Assembly: GCA_963818965.1 (NCBI GenBank)
Contig: CAWFUG010000011.1
Span: 32,001-96,000 of the forward strand
Reading direction: 5' to 3'
Length of the DNA stretch: 64,000 bases
DNA from: an uncultured Verrucomicrobiae bacterium
Lineage (GTDB): Bacteria; Chlamydiota; Chlamydiia; Chlamydiales; Rhabdochlamydiaceae
Shown: positions 61,003 through 64,000 of the stretch, piece after piece
How positions within the stretch are numbered: position 1 is the stretch's first letter
How the letters are laid out: the number at the start of each line of letters is the position of its first letter
Program-made: the position numbers and the translations under genes
The notes under the pieces: model-generated
What the model saw: the letters and a program-made list of their open reading frames with translations, nothing else
The model's database searches: none
Told to the model about the DNA's origin: nothing

Positions 61003-62943
61003 CTAGAGAAGCTCAGGTCCAAGTCTCACAAAGGATAGCTGGAGCTCGAAATTCTTCAAATCTATAGACCTAGCTACATCATCCTGTCCCAACTTGTTCG
61101 CTACATGAGCCATATGGCGCAGGGCGCCTATCCAATCTTCGAGATTTTCTTTAGTAGCCGATTCGCAACAGAGTTGAGTAATGGTGGCAACAAGATGACG
61201 ATACCCGTTCCTAATCAATTCGCCCCCGATGCCCCCAATCGCCTGTGCCTTTTCAGGAATATCAGAAACTGTTGTAGAACAAAGTATGGCCACATCAAAA
61301 GCAAGCGGATGGCTAAGGTTAGTCGATGCGCAGCCGAGCGCTTTAAAAGCCTCTGCTTTTTCTGGAAGATCCTTAGGAAGTGTGTCAGCGCAGAGTTCAG
61401 CAATGCGATGAGCAGCAGTCTGAGTCCTGATACCATCGATAGAACAGTCCTGCTTCAACAGTTCGACACCGATGGTTGCAAGAGTCTGCGCCTTCCTCCA
61501 AGGCTCCTCAGAACTCATTGTGGCATATATTTCAGCTAGCGGAATAGCTGTAATAAAATTTCCCACTTCGGCCTCTGCAATAGCCAATCTTGAGATCTCC
61601 TCACGATGACCCATGTTCTCTATAATCTTTTTGGAAACCAGCGCTATGATCTCAGAGCTCAATCGAGGATATCCACATTCGACTGCCCAATTGGCATCAT
61701 CAATCGTCGAGACTATCTCTTGAAGAACGTGGCCCCAATTTTCCATATCTTCTTCAATAGCCATTGTCACACAGAGTTCGACGAGCTGAAGAATGTGCTC
61801 GAAGGCTTCTGCTTTGACCAACTCGCCGCCGATTCGACTGGCGGTGGCTACTCTCTCTGCAAGTATAGAATCGATTTTGGAACAGAGAACAACCGTCGCA
61901 ACTGCTTCGTCAAAAGCTCCTTTTGCAGCAAATTCACTACTAATGGATCCGATAACACGCGCTTTCTCCCCAAGGATCCCCTCAGAGCCTATTTTGGAAT
62001 AGAGCTCCATTATTTGAAAAACAGCAGGAAAATCGTCTCTCTTCATTAATTGGAGAGCAATCTCTTTAAACGCATCGCTATCGATAGGCCAATCAGGAAC
62101 TATTTCAGAATAGATTGTAACCAACTGTAGAGCTAGGGTAGAATCGCCTTTTTCAGATTCTTCACGAGCTTGCAATAGTATATTTTCTAATATACCAGGC
62201 AGATTTGTTCTTGAAATATAGGGGTTAGTATCGAGAAGAGCATTGAGACTCTTCTGGTCCTTTTGGGCTCCCTCTTGCGAAAGCGGGGTGTATTTTATAA
62301 TGAAATTTAAGAAGCGCGCTAAATTGTTATCTTTGCTGAAGTCTGAAAATTCAAAAAAAGCCGCGATCTCTTCCGCGCTTAAGTCTCGTAATAATCCCGC
62401 AACCTCTACTTGCGCTAGATCCTCGAGCATTTCTACTTGAGCGAGATCCTCCACGTCTTTTCTATCAGGCAAAATGCCCTTTAATATTTGCTCGATAATC
62501 TCTTTGCCTTCAGAAGTGATGTTGGGGTGAACTGCAAAATGCTCTCTCAGGAGCCCCAACGTTTTTCTTAAAGGTTCAAAGCGCTTACTGATTGCAGCAT
62601 TTTTCTCATTAAGCGTTAATCGATCCAAGCCGTTGTTCCAGTGACGACAGACAAGGTGGGTAATCACTCTCTCTCGAGGACCCAAAAAGGAAAGAAGATG
62701 CAAAAAAGTATCTGATCTGAGCGTACGGAAGGGGGATGTGTTGCTTTGTCCTCTAGCGATAGAATCAAATAATTCCTCAACACCTTTGACCAAGTGAAAT
62801 GTGGCGACGTGTTGGTTTAATCCTTTGCCAACAAAGGCCACAGCTCGTTGGGAGTCCTGATCTAAGTAAGACAGAATCTGACAAGCTAGCTGTTGATATA
62901 CGGGAAGGTTAGGCTCTGAACCTAAGCGGTGTAATGTAGACAT
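61003..62943 (-). CDS. Tandem F-box-like protein with helical (TPR-like) repeats
   Basis: LACQILSYLD..VAFVGK and LRSDTFLHLLSFLG..HLVCRHW F-box-like motifs; PEKAEAFKALG and PEKAQAIGGIG repeats; AGGAG RBS. Confidence 0.75.
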   Translation of the reverse strand: MSTLHRLGSEPNLPVYQQLACQILSYLDQDSQRAVAFVGKGLNQHVATFHLVKGVEELFDSIARGQSNTSPFRTLRSDTFLHLLSFLGPRERVITHLVCRHWNNGLDRLTLNEKNAAISKRFEPLRKTLGLLREHFAVHPNITSEGKEIIEQILKGILPDRKDVEDLAQVEMLEDLAQVEVAGLLRDLSAEEIAAFFEFSDFSKDNNLARFLNFIIKYTPLSQEGAQKDQKSLNALLDTNPYISRTNLPGILENILLQAREESEKGDSTLALQLVTIYSEIVPDWPIDSDAFKEIALQLMKRDDFPAVFQIMELYSKIGSEGILGEKARVIGSISSEFAAKGAFDEAVATVVLCSKIDSILAERVATASRIGGELVKAEAFEHILQLVELCVTMAIEEDMENWGHVLQEIVSTIDDANWAVECGYPRLSSEIIALVSKKIIENMGHREEISRLAIAEAEVGNFITAIPLAEIYATMSSEEPWRKAQTLATIGVELLKQDCSIDGIRTQTAAHRIAELCADTLPKDLPEKAEAFKALGCASTNLSHPLAFDVAILCSTTVSDIPEKAQAIGGIGGELIRNGYRHLVATITQLCCESATKENLEDWIGALRHMAHVANKLGQDDVARSIDLKNFELQLSFVRLGPELL

Positions 62944-63018
62944 TTTAGTCTCCTGATTATTTCTTATAATAAAATCAATAAGTACGTTTCTTTAAACGAC
63001 TACGCAAAGCGTCTAAAT

Positions 63019-64000
63019 CTAAGAACGCAGCTGAGACAGCTGCTCCTTGATCAACTTCTCTACTCGCTCATCCCACCCCCGCTTCGCTTCGGATAACATC
63101 TTTTCAAGGGCAGCTTTTGAATTAGAACAGAGTTTCACCATTTGATTCACGCGTTGGAATCCTGCGAATCCTTTGATGAAGGCACAGCCGATATTTCCCA
63201 TCATCTCAGCTTTCTCTGGAATGTGATCAGAGACTGTATCGGCACAGAGTGTAACTACCTCAGTAGCCTCTTCCCATAACTCTTGCTCCATCAGCACCTG
63301 GGCAATGGAGTCAAAGAGTTTTACCTTTTCGGAGGAATCCTTAGGCAGGCTTGCGGCACAGAGTTGAGTGACTTCCAAAACCGCTGGGACAGACAGGGAG
63401 AGACAACCGCCGAAAAAACTTTTCCATCGATTCTTGGGGTTTCCAAAACCTTCTTCGCGGGTAAAGACAGCTGCGATGGTTTTCGCAACCACTTCAGTTA
63501 CTTTTACAGGCTCAGCAGAGTGCATTTTGATGTATTCTTTCACTAAGGGGAAAGCCGTTAACCAGCGCCCTTGGACTCCCTCTTTAATAGCTAATGGGGC
63601 GAGGTCTTTTCTATCTCCCATTTTTTCTGTGATCTTTGCAGCAACCAATGCGGCGATCTCAGACCTAAGAGCGTCGCTCTCCTGGACATTGTATGCCATG
63701 ATCTTATAAAGAACCTCTGCCCAAACGTCCATATTTTCTTCAATAGCCAAGGTGCAGCAGAGTTCAACCAGCTCGAGAAATTGCTTCTTAGCTCCGACGT
63801 TACTTAATCTTTCAGAAGCCAGAAAGACATACTCTGCCCTCTTGCTGATTGCAACATCTTCGTTTAAAATCACTTGCAATGGTTGAAGACATTCAATAAA
63901 AAATCCTGCATTAATTATTCCAGAGAAACTCGCATAAAGCGTGTATAATTTCTCCTCCATCGAATCACTACCGTGCTCAAAATACAATGTCGCCCACTCC
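63019..64000 (-). CDS. Helical-repeat protein related to the adjacent array, 5'-truncated by window edge
   Basis: Frame open to the window end; ELCCTLAIEENMDVW and PEKAEMMGNIG match repeats in 61003-62943. Confidence 0.75.
   Translation of the reverse strand, partial: EWATLYFEHGSDSMEEKLYTLYASFSGIINAGFFIECLQPLQVILNEDVAISKRAEYVFLASERLSNVGAKKQFLELVELCCTLAIEENMDVWAEVLYKIMAYNVQESDALRSEIAALVAAKITEKMGDRKDLAPLAIKEGVQGRWLTAFPLVKEYIKMHSAEPVKVTEVVAKTIAAVFTREEGFGNPKNRWKSFFGGCLSLSVPAVLEVTQLCAASLPKDSSEKVKLFDSIAQVLMEQELWEEATEVVTLCADTVSDHIPEKAEMMGNIGCAFIKGFAGFQRVNQMVKLCSNSKAALEKMLSEAKRGWDERVEKLIKEQLSQLRS

Overview
64 kb of chromosome from what is most likely an environmental chlamydia (phylum Chlamydiota). 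This is inferred from a long-insert ispG, a TLC/Npt nucleotide transporter, a Lpg1974/MOMP-like beta-barrel, a eukaryote-type sterol reductase, and F-box- and LRR-type effector-like genes. A housekeeping backbone (ispG, M32 carboxypeptidase, rpsI-rplM, miaB, ligA, glgB, mtaB, pncA-pncB, adk, ABC and CDF transporters) is interspersed with host-interaction candidates. The strongest candidates for an undescribed system are: (i) a 3320-aa protein joining an N-terminal His-Asn-Gln-Cys papain-like peptidase motif to a DUF3638/DUF3645 SF2-helicase-like module, overlapping a secreted phosphoesterase gene; and (ii) a tandem array at 56-64 kb of F-box-like / helical-repeat proteins, two of which carry a similar cysteine-peptidase-like motif. 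A decayed IpaH-like LRR gene is also present. Intergenic DNA is rich in non-autonomous palindromic elements: a TA-flanked family with compensatory stem changes, a family with 10-bp target-site duplications, and an ACCACAGAG hairpin family. There are also relics of DUF1016 and HicB-like genes. No rRNA, tRNA, CRISPR array or intact transposase was recognised. All family calls come from motif recognition by eye; no database searches were run.
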